Shown piece after piece: positions 1 to 9,124 of a stretch of DNA of 64,000 nucleotides (within the stretch, counting starts at the first letter, position 1; each line of letters starts with the position of its first letter). Location: assembly GCA_964523575.1 (NCBI GenBank), contig CAZGAV010000012.1, positions 385 to 64,384 on the forward strand, in the 5' to 3' direction. A program made the position numbers and the translations under genes. The notes beneath the pieces were generated by a model. That model made no database searches. It worked only from the letters and a program-made list of their open reading frames with translations, and was not told the DNA's origin. This DNA comes from an uncultured Ignavibacteriales bacterium (GTDB taxonomy: Bacteria; Zixibacteria; MSB-5A5; GN15; JAAZOE01).

Positions 1-593
1 GGGTGGCCCACAGCTTGCTGTGGGATGATCTCCCCATATATTTAAACTGAACGATTTCATCGTGCCAGCCCGCATGACAAGATAATTTTACTTAAAATCA
101 ATATAAAATCAACGCCAAATATCCGGGACGACAAAATCAACGTAGAATCGCTGGTGATTAATAAAAGAGGCCGGTTAGTAGGAAACCTTTACAGAAAGCC
201 TCTTTTGCCATGTCAGAAACTCAAAGAAAAACCATCGCCCCCGGCACAGCCGGCCAGTCAACCGATCAGCTCATCATGCCTATAAACCATCACCAAAAGT
301 CGGGGGAGAGAAAACTTGGGGACCCCTAAAAAATGACAAAGCAAAGCCAAATTCTCCCCAATGGAATGATTGATAATGAATTACCCTCAAAAAAACAGCC
401 CCGATTTTCGATTCTCACACTATATCTTGCGATGCCCCCGGCCCCCCAACACAAAATATATGGGCAAAAATTCCTCCACGTTGGCTTTGCCTTCCGATTT
501 TTGGCGTTTTTTTCGGCTTTTTTTGGCTTTTATGTGGCCGGCAGATGTCCACATCTGCCGCCAATCCCGCGATGTGCAACGCAGAAGTGCATC

Positions 594-629
594 AAAAAAA
601 AACGGCCCGCCGAATTCGGCAGGCCGTTT
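594..629 (-). terminator. Intrinsic terminator downstream of nfnB
   Basis: On the minus strand, a GC hairpin (aaacggcct-gccgaattcggc-gggccg) is followed by a T9 run, just past the nfnB stop. Confidence 0.75.
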
Positions 630-652
630 GATGGGTGGGGCACTTTATGACA

Positions 653-2131
653 CTATTTGTCCGAATCCGATTTCTTGTCCTTGTCGGCTTCTTCTTCCTC
701 GTCCACCATTGGCAGGCCCATCATATAACGATGCATGGCCCGCGCGGCAACCTTGCCCGCGCCCGCGGCCAGAATCACCGTCGCCCCGCCGGTTACGATA
801 TCGCCTCCGGCAAAAAGACCGGGGCGGGAGGTCATCATCGTTTTCGGATCGACGATGATGTTGCCCCACTTGTTGGTGTCCAGACCGGAGGTCGTCCGCG
901 GCACCAGGGGGTTGGAGGAATTTCCGATGGCGACGACGACGGTATCGACCGGGATCATGAAATTGGAACCTTCGATGACCATCGGGCGGCGTCGGCCCGA
1001 GGGATCGGGCTCGCCCAGTTCCATCCGGACGCATTCCATCTGCGTCACCCAGCCGTCTTCGTTGCCGTGATACTTGATCGGCGTCGTCAGCAGTTTGAAT
1101 TCGATGCCTTCTTCTTCGGCGTGATGAATCTCTTCGGAACGGGCCGGCATTTCGGCGCGGCTCCGGCGATAAACAATCGTCGAATGATCGGCGCCCAGCC
1201 GTTTCGAGGTCCGGACGGCGTCCATGGCGGTATTGCCGCCGCCGAGAACGGCCACGTTCTTGCCGGAAAAGATCGGCGTGTCGTAGTCGGGAAATTCGTA
1301 ACCGCGCATCAGGTTCGAACGGGTCAGATATTCGTTGGCCGAATAGATGCCCTTCAGGTTTTCACCTTCAATGCGCATGAAATTAGGCAGGCCGGCGCCG
1401 GTGCCGATAAAGATGCTGTCGTACCCTTCCTCCAGCAATTCGTCGATAGTCTCGATTTTGCCGATGACGAAGCTGGTCACGATCTCGACGCCCATCTGTT
1501 TCAGGTAATCGACTTCAGCGGCCACAATATCCTTGGGCAGACGGAATTCCGGGATGCCGTAGATCAACACGCCGCCCGCTTTATGCAGGGCCTCGAAAAT
1601 CGTCACTTTGTGACCCTTGAGAGCCAAATCGGCGGCGGCCGTCAAACCGGACGGACCGGAACCGACGATGGCGACCCTCTTGCCGGTCGCCGGTTCGAGT
1701 TCCGGAACTACGACATCGCCATGCTCCCGTTCCCAGTCGGCCACGAATCGTTCCAGATTGCCGATGGCGACCGGGGTATGTTTCTTGGCCAGGATGCAGG
1801 CGATTTCGCATTGCTCGTCCTGCGGGCAAACGCGGCCGCATACGGCCGGAAGAGCATTGGTCAGCTTGATATGCTTGGCCGCTTCGGAATATTTCTTTTC
1901 CCGGATCAACAGGATAAAGCCGGGGATATCGACTTCGACCGGACAGCCGGTGACGCATTTCGGCTTGGGACAATTGAGACAGCGTTCGGCCTCGATCAGG
2001 GCGATTTCGGGAGCAAGGCCGATGGGAACTTCTTTGAAATTGGAGCGGCGCACCTCGGGAGCCTGGTTGGGCATTTCCTGCCGGGGGATTTTCATCCGCT
2101 CTTTATTGGTAATTTTTTTATCTTCTGCCAC
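653..2131 (-). CDS. nfnB: NADPH-dependent oxidoreductase, NfnB/SudA (GltD-like) subunit of the electron-bifurcating transhydrogenase Nfn
   Basis: Fe-S motifs CLNC..C..GCP and CGRVCP..QCE..C, plus FAD and NADPH Rossmann motifs GSGPSG and GGGNTAMD. It lies directly after an NfnA-like gene. Confidence 0.88.
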   Translation of the reverse strand: MAEDKKITNKERMKIPRQEMPNQAPEVRRSNFKEVPIGLAPEIALIEAERCLNCPKPKCVTGCPVEVDIPGFILLIREKKYSEAAKHIKLTNALPAVCGRVCPQDEQCEIACILAKKHTPVAIGNLERFVADWEREHGDVVVPELEPATGKRVAIVGSGPSGLTAAADLALKGHKVTIFEALHKAGGVLIYGIPEFRLPKDIVAAEVDYLKQMGVEIVTSFVIGKIETIDELLEEGYDSIFIGTGAGLPNFMRIEGENLKGIYSANEYLTRSNLMRGYEFPDYDTPIFSGKNVAVLGGGNTAMDAVRTSKRLGADHSTIVYRRSRAEMPARSEEIHHAEEEGIEFKLLTTPIKYHGNEDGWVTQMECVRMELGEPDPSGRRRPMVIEGSNFMIPVDTVVVAIGNSSNPLVPRTTSGLDTNKWGNIIVDPKTMMTSRPGLFAGGDIVTGGATVILAAGAGKVAARAMHRYMMGLPMVDEEEEADKDKKSDSDK

Positions 2132-2142
2132 GATGAACTCCT

Positions 2143-3018
2143 TTAAGCATCCGTCTCGGAACCGGCCTGAGCCGCCTGCGCCTGACAGGCGCCTTCCGCG
2201 TGCAGAAATCTATCGTAAGATTCCTTCTCCTGTTTCTGGTACATCTTCAAACGACTGGTCATTTCCTCGAAATCGACCTCATGAGCGTCGAAATCGGGCC
2301 CATCGACACAGGCGAACCGGGTCTTGCCGCCGACCGTCACGCGGCAGGCGCCGCACATGCCGGTGCCGTCCACCATGATCGGGTTCAGGCTGACCCAGGT
2401 TTTGATCCCGGCCGGCCGGGTGGTGTTGGCCACCGCCTTCATCATCGGGACCGGCCCGATGGCCATGATATAGTCAATCGGCGTGCCGTCCTTCATCAGT
2501 TGTTCCAGCACCGTCGTGACGAATCCGTGGGTGCCGAAGGAACCGTCGTCGGTGGCGATATGCAATTTATGAGAAGCCTCGGTCAATTCTTCCTGATAGA
2601 TCAACAGGTCCTTGGTGCGGGCGCCGATGATGGTCTCGACCCGGTTGCCGGCTTCCTTGAGGGCCAGGGCGATGGGATAGATCGGGGGAATGCCGAGACC
2701 GCCGCCGATACAGACACAGCGGCCGAATTTTTCCACGTGCGACGGCAGGCCCAGCGGTCCCACGACGTCGAGGAAATAATCGCCGGCATTCATGCGGTTC
2801 ATGGAGGCCGACGTCTTGCCGACTTCCTGGATGACGATGGTCAGAATACCCTTTTCCTTGTCGAGGCCGCCGATTGACATCGGGATGCGCTCGCCTTTTT
2901 CATGCTGCCGCAAAATCACGAATTGACCCGCGACCGCCTTTTTCACCAGCCTCGGAGCTTCGATCCGGAAGCGGCAAACCTTGGGGCAGAGTTCCACTTT
3001 TTCAACGATCTTAAACAC
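2143..3018 (-). CDS. nfnA: NfnA/SudB, dihydroorotate dehydrogenase electron-transfer-subunit-like FAD/NAD and [2Fe-2S] protein
   Basis: GQFVILR..GERIP, GPLG, GGGLG and the MVDGTGMCGACRV..CVDGP [2Fe-2S] motif. It is 11 bp from nfnB. Confidence 0.88.
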   Translation of the reverse strand: MFKIVEKVELCPKVCRFRIEAPRLVKKAVAGQFVILRQHEKGERIPMSIGGLDKEKGILTIVIQEVGKTSASMNRMNAGDYFLDVVGPLGLPSHVEKFGRCVCIGGGLGIPPIYPIALALKEAGNRVETIIGARTKDLLIYQEELTEASHKLHIATDDGSFGTHGFVTTVLEQLMKDGTPIDYIMAIGPVPMMKAVANTTRPAGIKTWVSLNPIMVDGTGMCGACRVTVGGKTRFACVDGPDFDAHEVDFEEMTSRLKMYQKQEKESYDRFLHAEGACQAQAAQAGSETDA

Positions 3019-3156
3019 GATTCCTCCAGGTTACTTGCGCAGGCGTTCGCCTTACTTCTCTTTCACTTAACAGTACAATACTAAACGCGTTCCAATAGTT
3101 ATAACAGCCGTTGACCGCCGAAGTTCACGCGATTGACACGCCGGCGGCGGGGACGA

Positions 3157-4371
3157 TTATCCTCCGACGTGGCTGAGTCTGACAATCCTTTCCGTTTCGC
3201 GGGCGATGACCAGTTCTTCGTTGGTCGGCACGACCATGACCTTGACGGGCGAATCGTCAGCCGAAACGGCTCCGATTTCCCCTTTGTGGGCCAGATTTTT
3301 TTCCTCGTCGATCCGGATCCCCAGGAACTCGAGCCCGGCGCAGGACATGCGGCGGACATCCGGCGAATTTTCGCCGACGCCGCCGGTGAAGACCAGGATA
3401 TCCAGCCCGCCCAAAGCGGCCATATAGGAGCCGATATACTTCTTGATGCGGTAAGTGTAGACATCCAGAGCGAGCTTGGCGTTGGGCCGGCCTTCAGCGG
3501 TGGCCTTGAGAATCTCGCGCACATCGGACGACAGGCCGGAAATTCCATACAATCCGGAATGCTTATTGAGCAGGGTATTGGCTTCGTGAAGCGACAATTC
3601 CTCCTGGCTCATGATATGCAGGATGATGGCCGGATCGCAGTCGCCGCTGCGGGTGCCCATGAGGAGGCCTTCAAGGGGAGTGAATCCCATGGAAGTATCG
3701 ACCGAAACGCCGCCGTCGATGGCGGCCATCGAGGCGCCGTTGCCCAAGTGGCAGGAAATAATTTTCAATTCTTCGATCGGCCGCTTGACGGCCTCGGCCG
3801 CGCGGGAGGAAACGAAGTAATGGGACGGGCCATGAAAACCATAGCGGCGAATGCCGTACTTTTTATACAGCAGATAGGGGATGCCGTAGATGTAGGCGTG
3901 CGGCGGCATCCGGTGATGGAAGGCGGTGTCGAACACCGCCACCTGAGGCACATTCTCCAGCGTTTTGGTGGCGGCCGTGATGCCCCGTATATTATGCGGA
4001 TTGTGCAGGGGGGCCAGGGCTATAAGGTCCCTGATTTCGCCCATCAATTCCCTCGTCACCAGCACCGATTCGGTGAATCGTTCGCCCCCATGCACGACGC
4101 GATGACCGACGGCGGATATTTCGCTTTTGTCCTTGATGACGCCGTGATTGGGGGAGAGGAGCATGGAAATGACGAAGTCGATAGCCTGGATATGATCCAG
4201 GATTTCGCCAGAGATCACCGTCTGGGGCCGGTCGAACGGCTTGTGGGTCAGGACCGAAGCCGACATGCCAATGCGATCGACTTTGCCCTGAGCCAGCGAC
4301 AGCTCCCGCTCCATATCGATCAACTGGTATTTGACCGATGATGATCCGCAATTAAGCACGAGTATTTTCAT
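3157..4371 (-). CDS. ackA: Acetate kinase
   Basis: N-terminal LNCGSSSVKY, plus GHRVVHGG, PLHNP, FDTAFH, RRYGFHG, HLGNGAS and FTGGVGEN motifs. Confidence 0.95.
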   Translation of the reverse strand: MKILVLNCGSSSVKYQLIDMERELSLAQGKVDRIGMSASVLTHKPFDRPQTVISGEILDHIQAIDFVISMLLSPNHGVIKDKSEISAVGHRVVHGGERFTESVLVTRELMGEIRDLIALAPLHNPHNIRGITAATKTLENVPQVAVFDTAFHHRMPPHAYIYGIPYLLYKKYGIRRYGFHGPSHYFVSSRAAEAVKRPIEELKIISCHLGNGASMAAIDGGVSVDTSMGFTPLEGLLMGTRSGDCDPAIILHIMSQEELSLHEANTLLNKHSGLYGISGLSSDVREILKATAEGRPNAKLALDVYTYRIKKYIGSYMAALGGLDILVFTGGVGENSPDVRRMSCAGLEFLGIRIDEEKNLAHKGEIGAVSADDSPVKVMVVPTNEELVIARETERIVRLSHVGG

Positions 4372-5267
4372 GATTTGTCCCCGTCAATGGCAGGTTCCTT
4401 GATGCGGTTGCCTTCGGCATCATACTTGAAGAATCCCTCGCCCGTCTTGACGCCCAGGTGGCCGGCGCGCACCATCTTGCGCAGAAGGGGACAGGGGTTG
4501 TACTTATGCTCCGACAATTCCGCGATCAGATTTTCCATCCAGGACATGACCTCGTCCAGACCCATCATATCGGCCAGCGCCAGCGGCCCGACATTGAATC
4601 CGAAACCGAGCTTCATGGCGGTGTCGATATCGTCGGCGGTCGAGATGCCTTCCATCAAGACATGCATGGCCTCGTTCAGAAGCGGCACAATGATGCGGGT
4701 CGTAACATAACCGGGATATTCGTGCACCAGAATCGGACGCTTGTTGATCGATTCGGCGAATTCGCGAATGGTCCGGTAAGTTTTCTCGGAGGTCTGCAAA
4801 CCGCGCACAACCTCGACGATCTGGACCTTGGTTACAGGGTTGATGAAATGCATGCCGATGACTCTGTCGGGCCGTTTGGTGGCGGCGGCGATTTCCGAAA
4901 TCGACAGAGTCGAAGTGTTGGTCACCAGAATCGTTTCCGACGGGCAGAGTTTATCCATTTCGGTGAAGAGTTTTTGCTTCAGATTCAGCCGGTCGGGAAT
5001 GGCTTCGATGACCATCTCGGCCTCGGACAATTGCCCCAGATCGCCGGATGGAAAAATTCGTGACAGGGTAGCTTTTTTTTCGGAGGCGGTCATACCCCAG
5101 CGTTCGATTTCACGATTCATATTTTCGGATATGTGCTTGATCCCCGCTTCCGCCAACTTGGTGCTCTTATCTATGAGAATAACTTCGGTGCCGGTCAAAG
5201 CGATGGTTTCAGCGATGCCGGTGCCCATCACACCGGCACCGACAACATAGACCTTGTGTATAGCCAC
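4368..5267 (-). CDS. hbd: 3-hydroxybutyryl-CoA / 3-hydroxyacyl-CoA dehydrogenase
   Basis: GAGVMGTGIA Rossmann motif, EAI.D, TNTSTLSI, GMHFINP and GVKTGEGFF. Start trimmed to GTG 5267 (gaggt SD). It overlaps ackA by 4 nt. Confidence 0.9.
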   Translation of the reverse strand: MAIHKVYVVGAGVMGTGIAETIALTGTEVILIDKSTKLAEAGIKHISENMNREIERWGMTASEKKATLSRIFPSGDLGQLSEAEMVIEAIPDRLNLKQKLFTEMDKLCPSETILVTNTSTLSISEIAAATKRPDRVIGMHFINPVTKVQIVEVVRGLQTSEKTYRTIREFAESINKRPILVHEYPGYVTTRIIVPLLNEAMHVLMEGISTADDIDTAMKLGFGFNVGPLALADMMGLDEVMSWMENLIAELSEHKYNPCPLLRKMVRAGHLGVKTGEGFFKYDAEGNRIKEPAIDGDKS

Positions 5268-5501
5268 TTTGGTTACCTCGAAATCAAACCAAATATGTGA
5301 AAAAATTAACAATCGTTTTTTGCATAACGGCTCAAATATATGGATTTGTACCAAGTAAGCAAGCGCTTTTTATCCCCAACAATCGAATAAAAGATAAAAT
5401 TTACCGTCATAATGTAACACGTTCTGGTACCGTAAATTACGACCAATCCGGGGCGAGGCGAAAAGAGCATATCCTTGCCATTATGACAAGCCGGTTATGC
5501 A

Positions 5502-5527
5502 AACATGGCAGACGATTCTGCCATGTT
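5502..5527. promoter_or_regulatory. Perfect 11-bp-arm palindrome; candidate activator (bEBP) binding site upstream of hsp20
   Basis: AACATGGCAGA-cgat-TCTGCCATGTT, about 70-95 bp upstream of a -24/-12 promoter. Confidence 0.5.
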
Positions 5528-5596
5528 GACATTCGGCTGCTTGGTGGAGGGACTCTTTGTAAGTCAATCAGTTGATATAAAATGACTTATAAAATA

Positions 5597-5612
5597 CGGC
5601 ATAGTATCTGCT
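5597..5612 (+). promoter_or_regulatory. sigma54-type (-24/-12) promoter for hsp20
   Basis: CGGCATAGTATCTGCT: GG at 5598-5599, N10, then GC at 5610-5611. Confidence 0.6.
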
Positions 5613-5663
5613 TGTATGATAAATGAAAAAAACATTAACCAAATGGATGAAAGGAGGCCCAAA

Positions 5664-6098
5664 ATGCGTAACCTCATGATTCGACACGGACGCAATAATC
5701 TCGCGAGCGAGATTGAGAACTTTTATCGGGATTTCTTCGGCGGTTCTCTGAACAGCGATTCTGAATACTCCTTTGCCCCTTCGGTGGACATTCAGGAGTC
5801 CAAGGATGATATCAACCTGACCTTTGAACTGCCGGGTATGGACAAGAAGGACATCAAGATCATGGTCGAAGACGGCGTTCTGACCGTTTCCGGCGAGCGC
5901 AAACTGCGCAACGAGGAAAAGACCGATGATTATATCCGCACCGAAATCCGCGACGGCAGTTTCAGCCGTTCCTTCACCCTGCCGAAATCAATCGACAGCG
6001 GCAATATCTCGGCCGATTACCGGGACGGCCTGCTGGTGGTCAAGCTGGTGAAGACAGAAGAAGCCAAACCGAAAGAAATCGAGATTAAAGTCAAATAA
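5664..6098 (+). CDS. Small heat shock protein Hsp20/alpha-crystallin
   Basis: PSVDIQE, ELPGMDKKDIKI, LTVSGERK, E..DGSFSRSFTLP, A.YRDGLL and PKEIEI. ATG 5664 follows an aggagg SD. Confidence 0.95.
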   Translation: MRNLMIRHGRNNLASEIENFYRDFFGGSLNSDSEYSFAPSVDIQESKDDINLTFELPGMDKKDIKIMVEDGVLTVSGERKLRNEEKTDDYIRTEIRDGSFSRSFTLPKSIDSGNISADYRDGLLVVKLVKTEEAKPKEIEIKVK

Positions 6099-6137
6099 AC
6101 TATTTCGCGGGTCAATCAATGCGAGTGCGTCATAATC

Positions 6138-6166
6138 GGGTCGGCCATTGCGGCCGGCCCTTTTTT
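6138..6166 (+). terminator. Intrinsic terminator after hsp20
   Basis: gggtcggcc-attgc-ggccggccc followed by T6. Confidence 0.8.
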
Positions 6167-6249
6167 ATTGAATCATGAATATCCATGATTCGAATCAAAT
6201 CGACCGACACTTGCCATGACCGCCACGCGGGGACCAAATCCGTATCTTA

Positions 6250-7152
6250 TTATGAAGCGAAAAAGCCAATGATATACTTGCCGGCAATAAAAAACATAAT
6301 GGCTGCCAGAACGCCTTTGATCAGTCTGGCCGGGAGGAATTTCTGCACCCGCGCGCCGGCATAGATACCGATGGCGCCGCCGATACCGAACATCAATCCC
6401 AGAAGCCAATCCACTTGGATAGCCTGACCGGTTGCGGAAAAAGACGATCCGAAGAGAATATAAAAAAGGACCCCAACGGTGGAATTGACAAAAGTCCCGC
6501 AGAGAGCGGCTCCGGAGATAGTGTGTACCGGGAGTCTGAAGACTGTTACCAGAAAGGGCGCCAGGATGGCGCCGCCGCCGATTCCGTAGATGCCGCCGAT
6601 GGCCCCGACCACGGCGCTGAGGGAAAAAATGACCGGCGTCGATACCTGATATTCGATGCCATTGAATTCGTAGGCGATGCGTCTGATGGTGAAGGCTTTC
6701 GGAACTACCACGAACTCGGCCCCGACCTGCCGGCGTTCGGGAATTGCTTTTCTCGGATGCAGGATATCGAGCAGCAGGCGACCGGCGATATAAAGAAGAA
6801 CGAGGCCGACAAAAAATTTAAATGGTCCCGGCTGAGGCAGGTATCGCACGCGAAGGAAGACCCCCAGGAGCAGGCCCGGGATGGTGCCGATCGAGATTGT
6901 CCAGACCAGCGGCCAGACCATCCGTTTCTCCCGGTAATACCGATAGACTCCGCTGGGAATGGCGATAATATTGAAGAGAAGATTCGTGGGGGTGACGCCG
7001 GGGGAGGTGAATCTTAAAACACTGACTTGAAACGGCAGAAGAACAAAGGCGCCGGAAAGCCCGGCCGTAGAAGTCACGGCGGAGATGGCGAAGGCGACTA
7101 CGATCGGGAGCCACCAATAGGTTTCGACCCCGCTGATTGGGAAATTAAGCAT
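6250..7152 (-). CDS. TauE/SafE (sulfite exporter family) membrane protein
   Basis: Multi-TM protein with GLSGAFVLLP and GGIYGIGGGAILAP repeats typical of TauE. Confidence 0.8.
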   Translation of the reverse strand: MLNFPISGVETYWWLPIVVAFAISAVTSTAGLSGAFVLLPFQVSVLRFTSPGVTPTNLLFNIIAIPSGVYRYYREKRMVWPLVWTISIGTIPGLLLGVFLRVRYLPQPGPFKFFVGLVLLYIAGRLLLDILHPRKAIPERRQVGAEFVVVPKAFTIRRIAYEFNGIEYQVSTPVIFSLSAVVGAIGGIYGIGGGAILAPFLVTVFRLPVHTISGAALCGTFVNSTVGVLFYILFGSSFSATGQAIQVDWLLGLMFGIGGAIGIYAGARVQKFLPARLIKGVLAAIMFFIAGKYIIGFFAS

Positions 7153-7194
7153 CCTGGGCCGAAATTACATTATTATCAATCCATAAGTCAATGC

Positions 7195-8214
7195 TTATTC
7201 CAGCCGGGATTGGGTAGCTTCGATTTGATCCAGAATTTTCCGATAGCCGTCGGGATCCCACTGATCCATTTGGGCGGATTTCAGGATATCGCGGGCGCGC
7301 ACCAGCAGGTCAAGGGCTTCCTGATAGTTACCGGAAGCGACGCCTATTTCACCAAGATCGCGACAGGTCAGCCCGATAAATTCATCATCGTGGGCCTGTT
7401 CGCATTGAGTCAACACCGGGCGCAACCACTGGCCCGCTTCCTGGAAACGTTTCAGATTCACCAGGGCGTGACCGACAGCATAATCGGCGATGACTTTATT
7501 GCGGTCGGTACCATATTTATAATGATATTCGCGAGCCTTCATGTAGGCTTCCAACGAACTGTCGTAGCGACCCATGTCTTCGTAAGTCGCGCCCAGATTA
7601 TTCCATAATGCCCCCAGCCAGCGAGTGATCTGACCGGTCTCGGCCTCTTTGATTCCCTTCTTGCCCCATTCCACCTGTTCGTCCTGTGTTCCAGTAATGG
7701 CGACCATGTGGGCGGCATCGATCGCGCGTTCATAAAGTTTGCGGCCCGAGCAATATTCGTAGAGGCTTTTAAAGAGGGCTGTCGCCTCGTCCGGTCGTTT
7801 CTCCTGCCAGAGAAACCTTCCCTTAACGCTCTGGTAACGCGACCACCCCAAGGGATCGTGATCGTCGGCGAGTTTCTCGGCCTTCAACAGCCATTCCCGA
7901 CCCGCTTCGACCTCATTCAAAATCAGATAAGTCCGGGCGATCATTGACAGCGCTTCGACCTGATCGGAATTACCGATTTCGATCTCGGCTTTGGCCAATG
8001 CTCTTTTATACAGGGATCGCGCCTGAACATACTGATCGCTGTTAAAGAGATCGTCCGCTTCTTTGATAAGTATTTGGGCTTCGCTCATTATTCCTCTGGT
8101 TTCATTCCCGGCATCGCCGTAATTCTGCGCTGAGACCGCCGGCCACATTATAAGCGCCAGCATCGCCAGATACAGATAACTCTCTATGGGACCCGTCCCG
8201 GAATGTAACTGCAT
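7195..8214 (-). CDS. Secreted tetratricopeptide repeat protein
   Basis: Signal-like N-terminus and helical TPR-like units (LWNNLGATYEDMG.Y..SL..Y.KA). Confidence 0.7.
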   Translation of the reverse strand: MQLHSGTGPIESYLYLAMLALIMWPAVSAQNYGDAGNETRGIMSEAQILIKEADDLFNSDQYVQARSLYKRALAKAEIEIGNSDQVEALSMIARTYLILNEVEAGREWLLKAEKLADDHDPLGWSRYQSVKGRFLWQEKRPDEATALFKSLYEYCSGRKLYERAIDAAHMVAITGTQDEQVEWGKKGIKEAETGQITRWLGALWNNLGATYEDMGRYDSSLEAYMKAREYHYKYGTDRNKVIADYAVGHALVNLKRFQEAGQWLRPVLTQCEQAHDDEFIGLTCRDLGEIGVASGNYQEALDLLVRARDILKSAQMDQWDPDGYRKILDQIEATQSRLE

Positions 8215-8397
8215 TTGATATCCCCCGATTAACAGTTACCTAAAATACGCCGTGAACGAATCTTTCATTGACTACTAAATCGAGAATCATCGGCGCGGCG
8301 GTTATTAATTGACAACCCTTTAATGACACTCTATATTCGCCCCGAACCTAAAATATCGGACGAAGATGCCGCCGGTATTCAACTAGAGGGAAGCGCC

Positions 8398-8967
8398 ATG
8401 AAGAAATTTCTGCTGATGCTGTTGGCCATAATATTTATCGGCGGGTGTTCGAAGGACGAGCCACAGAGCCGGAAAGAGGAATCGGTCCTGGAGCAGAGTC
8501 GGCCCCGGGTCGTTATGGAAACCAGTATGGGCAGAATCGTCCTGGAACTATTCCCGGATGTGGCTCCGAATCACGTCAAAAATTTTCTCGACCTGATTGA
8601 CCACAGTTTTTATAACGGCCTGACCTTCCATCGAGTCGTCAAGGGCTTCGTGATTCAGGGCGGCAGTCCCGACAGCAGCATGGCCGGCCAGGCCGGATAT
8701 ACCATCCCGGCCGAGTTCTCCAATCTTCAGCATATGCCGGGGACGCTGGCCATGGCGCGCGGAGCCGACCCCAATTCGGCCTCCTGCCAGTTTTATATCT
8801 GTCTGGCGCAATTGCCCGATCTGGATGGCAAATATACTATTTTCGGTCAGGTCGTCGAGGGAATGGATGTCGTGCAAAAAATCGGAAAAGTGGCTACCGA
8901 CGAGAAAACCGAAAAGCCGCTCGAACCGGTTACTATGATACGGGTTTACGAAGAAGACCGGGAGTAG
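8398..8967 (+). CDS. Cyclophilin-type peptidyl-prolyl isomerase, lipoprotein
   Basis: FHRVVKGFVIQGG, LAMAR..DPNSA.CQFYI and LDGKYTIFGQV, with a lipobox IGGC. Start trimmed to ATG 8398. Confidence 0.92.
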   Translation: MKKFLLMLLAIIFIGGCSKDEPQSRKEESVLEQSRPRVVMETSMGRIVLELFPDVAPNHVKNFLDLIDHSFYNGLTFHRVVKGFVIQGGSPDSSMAGQAGYTIPAEFSNLQHMPGTLAMARGADPNSASCQFYICLAQLPDLDGKYTIFGQVVEGMDVVQKIGKVATDEKTEKPLEPVTMIRVYEEDRE

Positions 8968-9017
8968 GCTTCGGAGAAAAAACATTAAGCTATCTCAATT
9001 TTAGGATTATGAATTGC

Positions 9018-9048
9018 GAGCCGCCCACATTATGAGAGGGCGGCTTTT
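9018..9048 (+). terminator. Probable intrinsic terminator
   Basis: gagccgccc-N11-gggcggctt followed by tt. Confidence 0.55.
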
Positions 9049-9124
9049 AGCTTGATTCAATGACAGAATTGTCCAATTTTGGTGAAACAGAGGTTGCCGA
9101 CCGACCGTTTATCTATATGAAACT

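Noticed and set aside
7-24. Palindrome cccacagc-tt-gctgtggg
   Set aside because: At the window edge, single copy, no context to interpret.
333-858. Plus-strand ORFs 333..650 and 370..858
   Set aside because: No recognisable domains or SD. They span the nfnB terminator and overlap nfnB antisense.
653-2131. Glutamate synthase small subunit (gltD) call
   Set aside because: No gltB nearby, and pairing with an NfnA/SudB gene favours NfnB.
635-4341. Long antisense ORFs (635..2146 +, 3133..4341 +) and similar ones across the window such as 30390..31763 -
   Set aside because: Shadow frames of high-GC genes with clear function on the opposite strand.
5268-5663. CIRCE, CtsR or HAIR heat-shock operators upstream of hsp20
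   Set aside because: No TTAGCACTC-N9-GAGTGCTAA or similar motif was found.
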